Below, piece after piece: positions 15,403-24,001 of a stretch of DNA of 64,000 nucleotides. A model generated the notes under the pieces. It was given only the letters and a program-made list of their open reading frames with translations. It was not told the DNA's origin and did not search any database. The DNA is from an uncultured Clostridia bacterium (GTDB lineage Bacteria > Bacillota > Clostridia > Oscillospirales > Acutalibacteraceae). How positions within the stretch are numbered: the stretch's first letter is position 1; every line of letters begins with the position of its first letter. The translations under genes and the position numbers were made by a program. The stretch covers positions 1,109 to 65,108 of the forward strand of contig CANQSG010000001.1 in assembly GCA_947626485.1 (NCBI GenBank). Direction: 5' to 3'.

Positions 15403-18400
15403 TATTTTGCACCTCCCGCTTTTTTGCCGCGGCGTTTGACCGCCACGAGGACAAAAATCCCCGCCGCAAGGACGAGCACGCCCGCGCAGATCGCCGCGAT
15501 AACGACCCACGGGAAGCCGGCTTCGTCGGCGTTGTTACCCGTATTTTGAAGCGGTTCGCGCTTGGGCGGACGCTTCGCGCCGCCGCTTTGCTTGTCGCCG
15601 TCCTCTTCTTCCGGCTCTTCTGCGTCATTGTCGTCAGAAACGGTCGCGTCGGTATCGTCCGGCGCCTCGATCGTCTCGTCGCTCGCGCTTTCGACCTCGG
15701 AGGTGACGGTCGTTGTAACGGTGACCTTGAGCGGTTGAACGGCGCCTTCCTCGATGGACGGCCCCTTGGGCGCCCACTCCGAATCGTTTGCGGTCAGCAT
15801 CAGCGTCCCCACGGGCTCGATCACGTAAACGGTGATCCATTCGCCCTCGACGGTATAGTTCACCGCCGTGCGCGAGCCGTCGAAGAAGAGCTCGTAAACG
15901 CCCAATTTTCCGACGTCGACGCCGCTCGGCAGCTTGAAGCTGACCCAGGCGGGGCCTGTGAGATCCGCAGTGCCGCCGGTCGGATTCAACAGCTTATAAT
16001 CCGCGATGTAATGCACGGTCGCGCCGGCGGGCGCCTTGCCGCCGAGCTGCTGCAAATAGCTTGCCGGGTGCTTGTCGATCTGAACGACGGTGTCCTTGGG
16101 GATATGGTTGTTATACCCCATGACCCGGATATCGCCGTCCTCGTTTTCGCGGACAAAATCAACGACCTTTTCTTCGTAGTACACGCCGAGATCGTCGATC
16201 CACACGGTGCCCGCAGCGCCGATCGCGTCAAAGATCTCAAAGCTCGCATAAAACAGCTCGTACACGTCGGCGCCGTTGTTGCTGAGCGCGGTCCAGGGCA
16301 GGTACACCGTTACGGGCACGTTGGCGGGCACGGTGATCTTCGGCATATAATGCGTTCTGTTTTTGCCCTGCTTATTGAATACGGCAGCCAGCGTGACGGT
16401 TCGGTCGGACTTGATCCAGAACCGGATGCCGTCGCCCTCTTTGTTGGCGCCGCGTGTGCCGAAGGTGGTCTCCCAATAATATCTTCCGAAAAGCGCGGCA
16501 GGCGCCTCGCCGCCGTCGACGTAACCGCCGCCCGGCACGCAGTATTTGGCTTGCAGGGATTTGGAAGAGCCGGGCGCGGTGTTCGCGGCGTCGGTGTTGA
16601 GCGTAAGCTCGGCGCCGCCGTGCTCGCGCCAGCCTTCGTAAGCCTCGGTGTATTCCTTCCAATAGTCGTTTTGCAGCGCCTTTGTGCTGGCATAGTTGTC
16701 AAAGGTATGGTTCAGGCTTTCCTGCTCGACCCATTTGGCGTAAAGGGCTTTGCCGTTTGCGCCGGGCGCAAGCAGATAAAGCGGCGCGCCCGTGAACGCT
16801 TCGTTATCGTACCAGCCGGCGAAGCAGAAGCCTTCCCGCCGCACGTTTTCGAAGGTGGGAAGCACGACGCTGTCAAGCGGGGAGCATTTTCGGTTGACAA
16901 GGCGTTCGTCGACAAAGCTGCCGCCGTTCAGATTGTAGTGAATCATCTGATCGACGTCTGCGTAATAGGTGCCGATGCTGTCCACGTAGATCGCGTTTGT
17001 GCCGCTGTCCGCGGGGACGCGGAAGAGAAGCTCGAGCCGCTTGATCGCGGCGTTGCCGATTTGAGACCACGGCACCGTGATCACGCTCTTCCCGGCGGGC
17101 ACGTATTTCTCGTTCGAGGTGACGCCGGGCTTGGACGAGGTTTCGTAATTGACCCTGATTTTAAGCGTGGTGGGATACGACGCCTCGACCCAAAGGATGA
17201 TGCCGTCGCCCGCCTTTGCCAGGGTCAGATTCCGGTTCAGAAAGTCTGTGTACGCCGCTTTAGACGCATACTTCTTGACCGCGAGCCGCATGGAATGCTG
17301 CCCGTAATGCAGGTGCGCCGCGTCGGAATTCAGGGACATTTGGGCGACGGAAGCGTTCGCGTTTTCCCAAACGCCCGCAAGGTCCTCGTCGTTTGCGTAG
17401 CCGTCGAAATTGTCGTAATCGGCGACGTGAACCTCCCACTTCGGGTACAAAACCTTGTCGCCCACGGTTCCCGCGGGAATGGCGCGGAGCGCTTCGTCGG
17501 AAAGATCCTGCTTCTCGCACCAGCCCACAAGCGTCGCTTCGGGGTTGGCGTTGTTTTTGATTTTCTCGTAATTCGGCAAAACGTAACCGTTTGCGGAATA
17601 TTCGGCGTCCGGTGTGTACGAGTCGACCCACGCGGCGTCGCCGATGTTGTAGGTGAGCGAATAGCGCGCGTTCTCGGTATAGGTGCCGACGTCGTCGATG
17701 TAAAACGTCGTGGCTTCGGCAACGTTTCTTGTCATGATCTGCAAATTGCCGGCCCACTGCCCGTCGGCGGGCGCGTTTTTAATATCCGACCACGGGATCG
17801 TCACCACGCTTTTGCCCGCCGGCACGGTTACGTCGGAGGACGTGTTGGCGTCTTTTTGGCTGAACCGCAAATAGAGGGTGATCGGATGATCGGTCTCGAT
17901 CCAGAAGCAGACGCCGTCGCCGTCGACCATGAGGCTGTCGCTTGCAAACAGATTTGCAAACGGATAGGGCGCCGCCGGGATCGCGTATTTTGCCGAGCAG
18001 CTGCCGCTGTGCGCGTGGCTCGGGTCTTGATTTAAGGTAAGGCGGTCGCCGACGACCCAGTCGCTCCACACCGAATTCGGCGTATTCAGGCCGGTCGTGT
18101 CAAAATCGTAGGTGATCGTTTTTGTCATGACCCACTTCGCATAGTAGGTCTTTTCCCCCGTCGCGTCGGCGGGAACGGCAGATACGGGGCTGCCCGAAAA
18201 ATCGGGACTCGCGTACCAGCCCTTAAAAATGCTGTTTTGCCGGGTGATAAATTCGCCTTCGGGCAGGAGAACACCGCCCGCGCAATACTTGGTGGGCGCG
18301 GTGTAGCCCGTTACGAATTCGCCGCCGTAGGTTTCATAGCGAATTCCATACGCGGCGGAAATATCGCTCGTATAGGTGCCGACGTCGTCAAGGTACAGAA

Positions 18401-20591
18401 CCGTTCCGTTGGGCGCGGTAATATAGAGTAAGAAAATCTCTATTGTATCCCTTCCCTCGATGGCGGAGCCGAACGACGACCAGGGGGCGAAGACGTAGCT
18501 CTTGCCCGCGGGGACGGTGATTTCGGGGAAGCTTGTCGTGTAATTTACGGCGATTTTTACGGTCAGCTCCTGCGGGGCGTCGATCCAGAAGCAAATACCG
18601 TCGCCCTTTACGGCAAACGCATCCTGCGTATAAACGGCTGCCCACTGATTCGGGACGGTGTATTTTAAGGATTTTGTCCCGCTGTTTGCATGGGCGGCGT
18701 CGTAATAAGGAGCCGACAGGCTGTTCGTCCCCGTCCAGTCGCCCCATGTTTTGACCGTGCCGTCGAAGTTGTCAAAGGTCACGTCGCGAACCACCCACTT
18801 CGCGTGGTAGGTCTTCGCGCCCGTCGTGCCGGCGGGAATTACCGTCACGGGATTGCCCGTAAGGTCGGCGTTCTCGTACCAGCCCATCAGGGTGTAGCCG
18901 TCGTTTTCGACGTTTTCATAGGTGGGAAGGGCAAGCCCCGCGCTTGTGAAATACCCAAGGGGCGCCGTATAGCCGTTCGCAAACACGCCGCCGTTCAGAT
19001 CGAAGGTCAGGGCGTTTTCAATAGAATCGGCAAAGCTGCCGATGTCGTCGATATAAACCGTGTTCTCGGTGCCCGGCAGGGTGGGGGTCTCTACGTTGAG
19101 CTCCACCATCCACCAGTAGTTTCTTTCGTCCGCGCCGGGAACCTCGCTCCAGGGGATCATAACCAGGTTTTTCCCCTCGGGAATGCTGATCTTTGCGGTC
19201 GTATAGCCCGCGAAGGACGCGGAGTAGTTGAGGCGCAGCCAGACCTGCGTTGCGACCTCGGTTTGAATCCAGAAATACAGGCCGTCGCCGGTGCGGCGAA
19301 GCTCTCTCGAAAGGACGAGGTCGGCGCGGTCGTCCCCGAAGGCGGAACGGTTTTTCACCGCGACTTGCAGGGATTTGGAACCGTTGTAGGCATTTTTGGC
19401 GGCGGTATTCAGCGAAATTTCGCCCGAATAGGTCCAGGACGCCCAGAAATTGTTCAGATCCTGCGCTTCCTTGCCCGTGTAGCTCTCAAAGGTGTCGAAA
19501 TCGGCCGTGCAGTCGACCCATCTCGCATAATACACCTGATCGCCCACGGCGTCGCCGGGCACGTAAAAGACGGGCATTCCCTCAAAGCCGGCGTTATCAT
19601 ACCAGCCGGCAAAGGCGTGCCCCTCCAGCACCACGTTCTCATAGGTAGGCAACGGCATTTTGGGGAAATATTCCGTGGGGGCGGTGTAATCCGAAAAGCT
19701 GCCGCCGCCGAGCTCGAACCGGATCCCGACGTCGGACGACGCGCCCGGAGAGGCGATATCCTCATAGGTGCCGAAATCGTCAAGATATACGGTGTTGTCC
19801 TCCGCGCCGTGGCTGATCTCCACGAGCATCTGCTTGCCGTACATCGCGCCGCTTAACGTCGACCACGGCACGGCGATCAGGTGCTTGCCGGCGGGAAGGG
19901 GGATTGCGGCGCTTTTGACCGCCTGATACTGGAACATGACCGTGATCGTCGCGGCCGTTGAGGTTTCGATCCAAAAATACGCGCCGTCGCCGTCGAGGGA
20001 GTGGTTGGGGATGGCGAACTGCGTTTTGTTCCGCCAGCTTGCATTGCCGTCCTTCTTTTGGGGGACAAACAATTTCACCGATTTGCTTCCGCTGTATGCG
20101 TGCGCCGCATCGGTGTTCAGCGCGGCGCTACCGTCGGTGTCGCCCGTCCAGTAATAGCACAGATTCAGGTCGCCGCTGTTGATCATATCGGTCGTTTTCA
20201 GCTGTTTGCCGTCCGCATCGACCGTTACGACGGCGGTGTCGGTATAGGACTCGAAATTGTCGCCCGTGACCTCGCACAAGATCCACTTCGCGTAATAGGT
20301 CACGCTGCCCGACGCGCCGTCGGGTACGAAATAGTGCGGGCTGCCCGCATATTTGTCGTTATCGTACCAGCCGGCAAACGCAAAGCCGGTGCGCTCGACG
20401 CTCTCGTACCCGGGAAGCGCCTCGCCCGCATTATAATCCGTCTTTACGCCGTCCGCCAGCTCGCCGCCCTGCGCGTCAAAAGTGACGTCCACGTCGCCGA
20501 TGGCAAGCACGGGAAAGGACAGGCTCAGGATTCCCATGAGCATTGTCATTGCCAAAACCAGCGACAGCGCTTTTTTCATTTGGGTTTTCAT
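15402..20591 (-). CDS. 1729-aa cell-surface protein: signal peptide, six tandem [Listeria-Bacteroides repeat + ~150-aa beta-sandwich-like module] units, one unassigned module, acidic linker, C-terminal membrane anchor
   Basis: ATG at 20591 lies 5 nt after GGGAGGAG; the ORF-track start at 20606 is a TTG. The pattern FAGWY...YYAKW recurs 6 times, each followed by a module with DGDG.(F/L)WI ... PWS ... Y(I/L)DD.G.Y. The C-terminus reads LQNTG-x10-hydrophobic stretch-KRRGKK. Confidence 0.85.
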   Translation of the reverse strand: MKTQMKKALSLVLAMTMLMGILSLSFPVLAIGDVDVTFDAQGGELADGVKTDYNAGEALPGYESVERTGFAFAGWYDNDKYAGSPHYFVPDGASGSVTYYAKWILCEVTGDNFESYTDTAVVTVDADGKQLKTTDMINSGDLNLCYYWTGDTDGSAALNTDAAHAYSGSKSVKLFVPQKKDGNASWRNKTQFAIPNHSLDGDGAYFWIETSTAATITVMFQYQAVKSAAIPLPAGKHLIAVPWSTLSGAMYGKQMLVEISHGAEDNTVYLDDFGTYEDIASPGASSDVGIRFELGGGSFSDYTAPTEYFPKMPLPTYENVVLEGHAFAGWYDNAGFEGMPVFYVPGDAVGDQVYYARWVDCTADFDTFESYTGKEAQDLNNFWASWTYSGEISLNTAAKNAYNGSKSLQVAVKNRSAFGDDRADLVLSRELRRTGDGLYFWIQTEVATQVWLRLNYSASFAGYTTAKISIPEGKNLVMIPWSEVPGADERNYWWMVELNVETPTLPGTENTVYIDDIGSFADSIENALTFDLNGGVFANGYTAPLGYFTSAGLALPTYENVENDGYTLMGWYENADLTGNPVTVIPAGTTGAKTYHAKWVVRDVTFDNFDGTVKTWGDWTGTNSLSAPYYDAAHANSGTKSLKYTVPNQWAAVYTQDAFAVKGDGICFWIDAPQELTVKIAVNYTTSFPEITVPAGKSYVFAPWSSFGSAIEGRDTIEIFLLYITAPNGTVLYLDDVGTYTSDISAAYGIRYETYGGEFVTGYTAPTKYCAGGVLLPEGEFITRQNSIFKGWYASPDFSGSPVSAVPADATGEKTYYAKWVMTKTITYDFDTTGLNTPNSVWSDWVVGDRLTLNQDPSHAHSGSCSAKYAIPAAPYPFANLFASDSLMVDGDGVCFWIETDHPITLYLRFSQKDANTSSDVTVPAGKSVVTIPWSDIKNAPADGQWAGNLQIMTRNVAEATTFYIDDVGTYTENARYSLTYNIGDAAWVDSYTPDAEYSANGYVLPNYEKIKNNANPEATLVGWCEKQDLSDEALRAIPAGTVGDKVLYPKWEVHVADYDNFDGYANDEDLAGVWENANASVAQMSLNSDAAHLHYGQHSMRLAVKKYASKAAYTDFLNRNLTLAKAGDGIILWVEASYPTTLKIRVNYETSSKPGVTSNEKYVPAGKSVITVPWSQIGNAAIKRLELLFRVPADSGTNAIYVDSIGTYYADVDQMIHYNLNGGSFVDERLVNRKCSPLDSVVLPTFENVRREGFCFAGWYDNEAFTGAPLYLLAPGANGKALYAKWVEQESLNHTFDNYASTKALQNDYWKEYTEAYEGWREHGGAELTLNTDAANTAPGSSKSLQAKYCVPGGGYVDGGEAPAALFGRYYWETTFGTRGANKEGDGIRFWIKSDRTVTLAAVFNKQGKNRTHYMPKITVPANVPVTVYLPWTALSNNGADVYELFYASFEIFDAIGAAGTVWIDDLGVYYEEKVVDFVRENEDGDIRVMGYNNHIPKDTVVQIDKHPASYLQQLGGKAPAGATVHYIADYKLLNPTGGTADLTGPAWVSFKLPSGVDVGKLGVYELFFDGSRTAVNYTVEGEWITVYVIEPVGTLMLTANDSEWAPKGPSIEEGAVQPLKVTVTTTVTSEVESASDETIEAPDDTDATVSDDNDAEEPEEEDGDKQSGGAKRPPKREPLQNTGNNADEAGFPWVVIAAICAGVLVLAAGIFVLVAVKRRGKKAGGAK
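17680..18175. repeat. Module-level DNA repeat, copy in the giant gene (unit 4)
   Basis: Long identical runs shared with 21584-22081 and 20927-21406, for example CCGTCGGCGGGCGCGTTTTTAAT and GCGGTCGCCGACGACCCAGTCGCTCCAC. Confidence 0.8.
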
Positions 20592-20628
20592 GGATTCTCC
20601 TCCCAAAGCTGTGGAATGGGTTGTTGAA

Positions 20629-20669
20629 ACGATCCCGCAAAGGGGCTGTAAACTGCTTTACGGGATCGT
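20629..20669 (-). terminator. Weak terminator-like hairpin after the 549-aa gene
   Basis: ACGATCCCG ... CGGGATCGT 9-bp stem with a long loop and only a short T-run after it on the minus strand. Confidence 0.3.
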
Positions 20670-20701
20670 CCGGGCAAAAATCCGCCCGCGTTGTTTCTCT
20701 C

Positions 20702-22351
20702 TTATTTGACGCCTAATAACTGCCGTCTTACCTTGGCGACGTCGGCCTCCTCCACGGTGCCGTCGTCGTCTTTATAGACGTCAGCGGCAAAGCCGGCGTC
20801 GGTCAGGCGGTTTTTCAGGGTCACAAAATCGAGGATATCGGTTTGATCGTCGTCGTTGTAGTCGTATTTTTTCGCCCCGCAAAGCGAACAGACGACCTCG
20901 TCGCCGAACACGTGCGAGCAGGCGTTTTGATAGGTGCCGACGTCGTCGATGTAAATGGTCGTGGCTTCGGCAACGGTTCTCGGCATAAACTGCAAACCGC
21001 CTGCCCACTGCCCGTCGGCGGGCGCGTTTTTAATATCCGACCACGGAACAGTCACCACGCTTTTGCCCGCGGGTACGGTCACGTCGGAGGACGTATTCGC
21101 TGCGCTCGTCTTGAATTGCAAATACAAGGTAACCGGCTGATCGGTTTCGATCCAGAAGCGCACGCCGTCGCCGTCGCGCATCAGGCCGTCGGTGGCGGCG
21201 ATATTGCCGGCTTTCCCCGCGGGAATTTCATATTTCACCGAGCAGCTGCCGCTGCTGGCGTGAAGCGGGTCCTGATTCAGGGAAAGATGGGTGTCGACCG
21301 TCCAGTCGTACCAATTTTTCATCGTTGCCGCGTCAAAATCATAGGTGATCGTTTTGTTCGCGACCCACTTCGCATAGTAGGTTTTCTCGCCCTTCGCGTC
21401 GGCGGGGACGGCGTAAACGGGGTTTCCGGCAAGGTCGGCGCTTTCGTACCAGCCGGCAAAAATGAGGCCATACTTCGACGTTACGTCCGCATAGCCCGGC
21501 AGCGGCATGCCGGCGTAATAGTCGATGGGCGCCGGGGTCGCAAATTCGCCGCCGCGGGGGTCGAACGATATGCCTTCCATTTTGGAATAGGTGCCGACGT
21601 CGTCGAGGTAAAAGACTGTGGCCTCGGTAACGTTTCTTGACAGAATCTGCAAATTACCTGCCCACTGGCCGTCGGCGGGCGCGTTTTTAATGTCCGACCA
21701 CGGAATCGTCACCACGCTTTTGCCCACAGGGACGGTCACGTCGGAGGACGAATTGGCATTGCTTTGCTTAAAACGCAAATACAAGGTGATCGGATGATCG
21801 GTTTCGATCCAGAAGCGCACGCCGTCGCCGTCGACCATCAGGCTGTCGCTTACAAATATGTTGGCGGACGGATAGGGCGACGCGGGAATTACGTATTTTG
21901 CCGAGCAATTACCGCTGCTCGCGTGGCTCGGGTCTTCGTTTAAGGTAATGCGGTCGCCGACGACCCAGTCGCTCCACTCCGAATTCGTCGTTTTCAGGCC
22001 GGTCGTATCGAAATCATAGGTGATCGTCTTATTCGCGACCCACTTCGCATAGTAGGTCTTCTCGCCCGTCGCGTCGGCGGGGACGGAGGTATAGGTGCCG
22101 CCCGAGAAATCGGAATTTTCGTACCAGCCGGCGAAGATGAGATCTCCTCTTGCGATTTGGTCTATGCTCGGCAAGGGGTCGCCCGCCTGTAAGTCGGGAT
22201 CGACGAAGCCGGTCAATTTGCCACCGTTGCAGTTTAAGGTGACAGATAGGGGCGTATCACTCGCGGCATACGCATTCGGGAAGAGAAAGAGAGCTGCCAA
22301 CAGTCCGAATACAAGCAACAGCGACACGGAATTTTTAAGCCTGATTCGCAT
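20702..22351 (-). CDS. 549-aa secreted protein: two [Listeria-Bacteroides repeat + beta-sandwich] units plus a C-terminal dockerin
   Basis: Signal peptide LFLFPNAYAA. The modules are about 85% identical to unit 4 of the giant. The C-terminus DYNDDDQTDILDFVTLKNRL ... DVYKDDDGTVEEADVAKVRRQLLG forms two dockerin-type Ca-binding segments. Confidence 0.85.
   Translation of the reverse strand: MRIRLKNSVSLLLVFGLLAALFLFPNAYAASDTPLSVTLNCNGGKLTGFVDPDLQAGDPLPSIDQIARGDLIFAGWYENSDFSGGTYTSVPADATGEKTYYAKWVANKTITYDFDTTGLKTTNSEWSDWVVGDRITLNEDPSHASSGNCSAKYVIPASPYPSANIFVSDSLMVDGDGVRFWIETDHPITLYLRFKQSNANSSSDVTVPVGKSVVTIPWSDIKNAPADGQWAGNLQILSRNVTEATVFYLDDVGTYSKMEGISFDPRGGEFATPAPIDYYAGMPLPGYADVTSKYGLIFAGWYESADLAGNPVYAVPADAKGEKTYYAKWVANKTITYDFDAATMKNWYDWTVDTHLSLNQDPLHASSGSCSVKYEIPAGKAGNIAATDGLMRDGDGVRFWIETDQPVTLYLQFKTSAANTSSDVTVPAGKSVVTVPWSDIKNAPADGQWAGGLQFMPRTVAEATTIYIDDVGTYQNACSHVFGDEVVCSLCGAKKYDYNDDDQTDILDFVTLKNRLTDAGFAADVYKDDDGTVEEADVAKVRRQLLGVK
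20927..21406. repeat. Module-level DNA repeat, copy 2 in the 549-aa gene
   Basis: Same repeat family as 17680-18175, seen by direct comparison. Confidence 0.75.
21584..22081. repeat. Module-level DNA repeat, copy 1 in the 549-aa gene
   Basis: Same repeat family as 17680-18175, and the closest copy to it. Confidence 0.8.
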
Positions 22352-22398
22352 TGTAATTCTCCTTTTCTATTTTGGTATGATCTCGGTTTGCCCGGAAG

Positions 22399-23982
22399 CT
22401 ATTTCAGCTTCCCCGTAAACTTAATATTCTTCCATTCGTCCTTCATGTGAACGTCGAACTCGCTGTGATAGGAGTCGATCAGCTGGCCGACGGTCGCCGA
22501 GCCTTCGTAGAGCTTTGTGATGGCGTTCCGGAAGGAAGCGTTGTCGCCCAGCTCGATCTCGATGATGGGGGCGCACTTCAGGGTGCGGTGCATATTCTTC
22601 ACGCGGTTATACGAGCTCTGCTCCGAGAACTTGCGGACGTACAGATCGCGGAACTGGTCGTCCTTGGAATAACCCGGCTGGAGCTGATACAGCGCGTCGA
22701 CGATGAACAGCAGCTCCGGCGCGCGATCCGCGTAAGCCTTGGGGATGACATACGGCCAGGAGGCCTCCATCAGCGCGTAATATTCCTTCGCGCTGGGCCC
22801 CTTGGGCAGGTAAGCGATGCCGTATTCGTTCGCGTTCATGCGGGATTTCAGAACGTCGTAGCAATAGTCCTCTTCAAAGACAAAGGCGACGTTTCCTTTA
22901 ATCAGCTCGTTTAACATGTTGTCCCACGAGCCGGTCGTGGCGACCGGATCGACGTTGACCCAGGAATTCAGCTGATTGAGCGCTTCGCGAACCTTGGCGC
23001 TGTTGAAGTTCGAGGAAAGGGTGCCGTCGGACGCCACGTTTACAAGCTGGGAGCCGTTGGAGGCGACAAGGCCGTAAACGCTCAGGTGCGTATCCAGTCC
23101 GATGCCCCATTTCTGGGGATATTTCTCCTTGACCTTCTTCGCGATCTTCGTCATCTCGGACCACGTCCACTGACCCTTATCCATCAGGGCTTCGACGTCG
23201 GCGAATTGGGAAACCAGGTTTTTGTTATACACGACCTGGGACATCATCTTGCCCTCTTCCACGCCGATCGCATACTGCTTGTTATTGTAATTGCAGAGCT
23301 GGACGGAAAAATCGCAATAAGCCTGCGAAGTCATATCGATCCCGGTCGCCTTCATGGCGTCGTTCAGCGACGTCAAATAGCCCGCTCGCACGTAATTCGC
23401 GACAATGTCGCCCTCGATCTGATAGAGCTGACCCGACGGCTTGACCCCCGCCAGAACCTCCTGCTCGAGCTTACTGCTCCATTTCTTTTCGACGATATCC
23501 ACGCCGTATTTCTTTTCCAGCTCGGCCACGCGCTTGATCCAGTTATCGTGCGCGGTGTTCTGCCCGCTGGTATAGGGATCCCACGAACGCATAATCGTTA
23601 TCGTTTTGCCCTTGAGCGTCTTGGGGTCGAACTTGGCCGTCGTCGACGTCTGGGGCGCGGTGGTGTTTGCGGGGCGGCGATTTGTCGTGCCGCCGCTCTT
23701 TGACGCGCTGCCGCCGCTGCCGGACGCGTCGCCGTTGTCGCCGGCGTTGCCTTCCTCGTCCTGACCGGCTTCCACCTCGTCGCAGACGCAGTCTCCGTAT
23801 TGATAGCAGAAGCAGCAATGATTCTTGTCCGGGCAGAGCGTGCACAGGGCGGGATCGCCGTATTCGAGAACGGTCTCGTCCTCCGATGACGTTTGCCCGC
23901 CGCTTCCTCCGCAGCCCGCCATCGTCAGCAGAAAGGCAAGGCAAAGGAATACGCACAGAAGGGATTTACGGTTTACTTTCAT
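22399..23982 (-). CDS. ABC transporter extracellular solute-binding lipoprotein (carbohydrate type) with a Cys-rich N-terminal insert
   Basis: Lipobox LLTMAGC, low-complexity linker, then an SBP-like body. AAAGGAG RBS. Confidence 0.85.
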   Translation of the reverse strand: MKVNRKSLLCVFLCLAFLLTMAGCGGSGGQTSSEDETVLEYGDPALCTLCPDKNHCCFCYQYGDCVCDEVEAGQDEEGNAGDNGDASGSGGSASKSGGTTNRRPANTTAPQTSTTAKFDPKTLKGKTITIMRSWDPYTSGQNTAHDNWIKRVAELEKKYGVDIVEKKWSSKLEQEVLAGVKPSGQLYQIEGDIVANYVRAGYLTSLNDAMKATGIDMTSQAYCDFSVQLCNYNNKQYAIGVEEGKMMSQVVYNKNLVSQFADVEALMDKGQWTWSEMTKIAKKVKEKYPQKWGIGLDTHLSVYGLVASNGSQLVNVASDGTLSSNFNSAKVREALNQLNSWVNVDPVATTGSWDNMLNELIKGNVAFVFEEDYCYDVLKSRMNANEYGIAYLPKGPSAKEYYALMEASWPYVIPKAYADRAPELLFIVDALYQLQPGYSKDDQFRDLYVRKFSEQSSYNRVKNMHRTLKCAPIIEIELGDNASFRNAITKLYEGSATVGQLIDSYHSEFDVHMKDEWKNIKFTGKLK

Positions 23983-24001
23983 AACAAATGCTCCTTTCGT
24001 T

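Noticed and set aside
15546-19856. Long plus-strand ORFs (829 aa, 388 aa and others) inside the giant surface-protein gene
   Set aside because: These are GC-rich antisense artefacts. They are low-complexity, Arg/Gly/Val-rich, have no RBS and overlap a strongly supported minus-strand gene.
15402-22351. Repetitive DNA considered as a possible CRISPR array or diversity-generating retroelement target
   Set aside because: The repeats are ~450-nt in-frame protein modules, not short repeats with spacers. No reverse transcriptase, template repeat or cas gene is present in the window.
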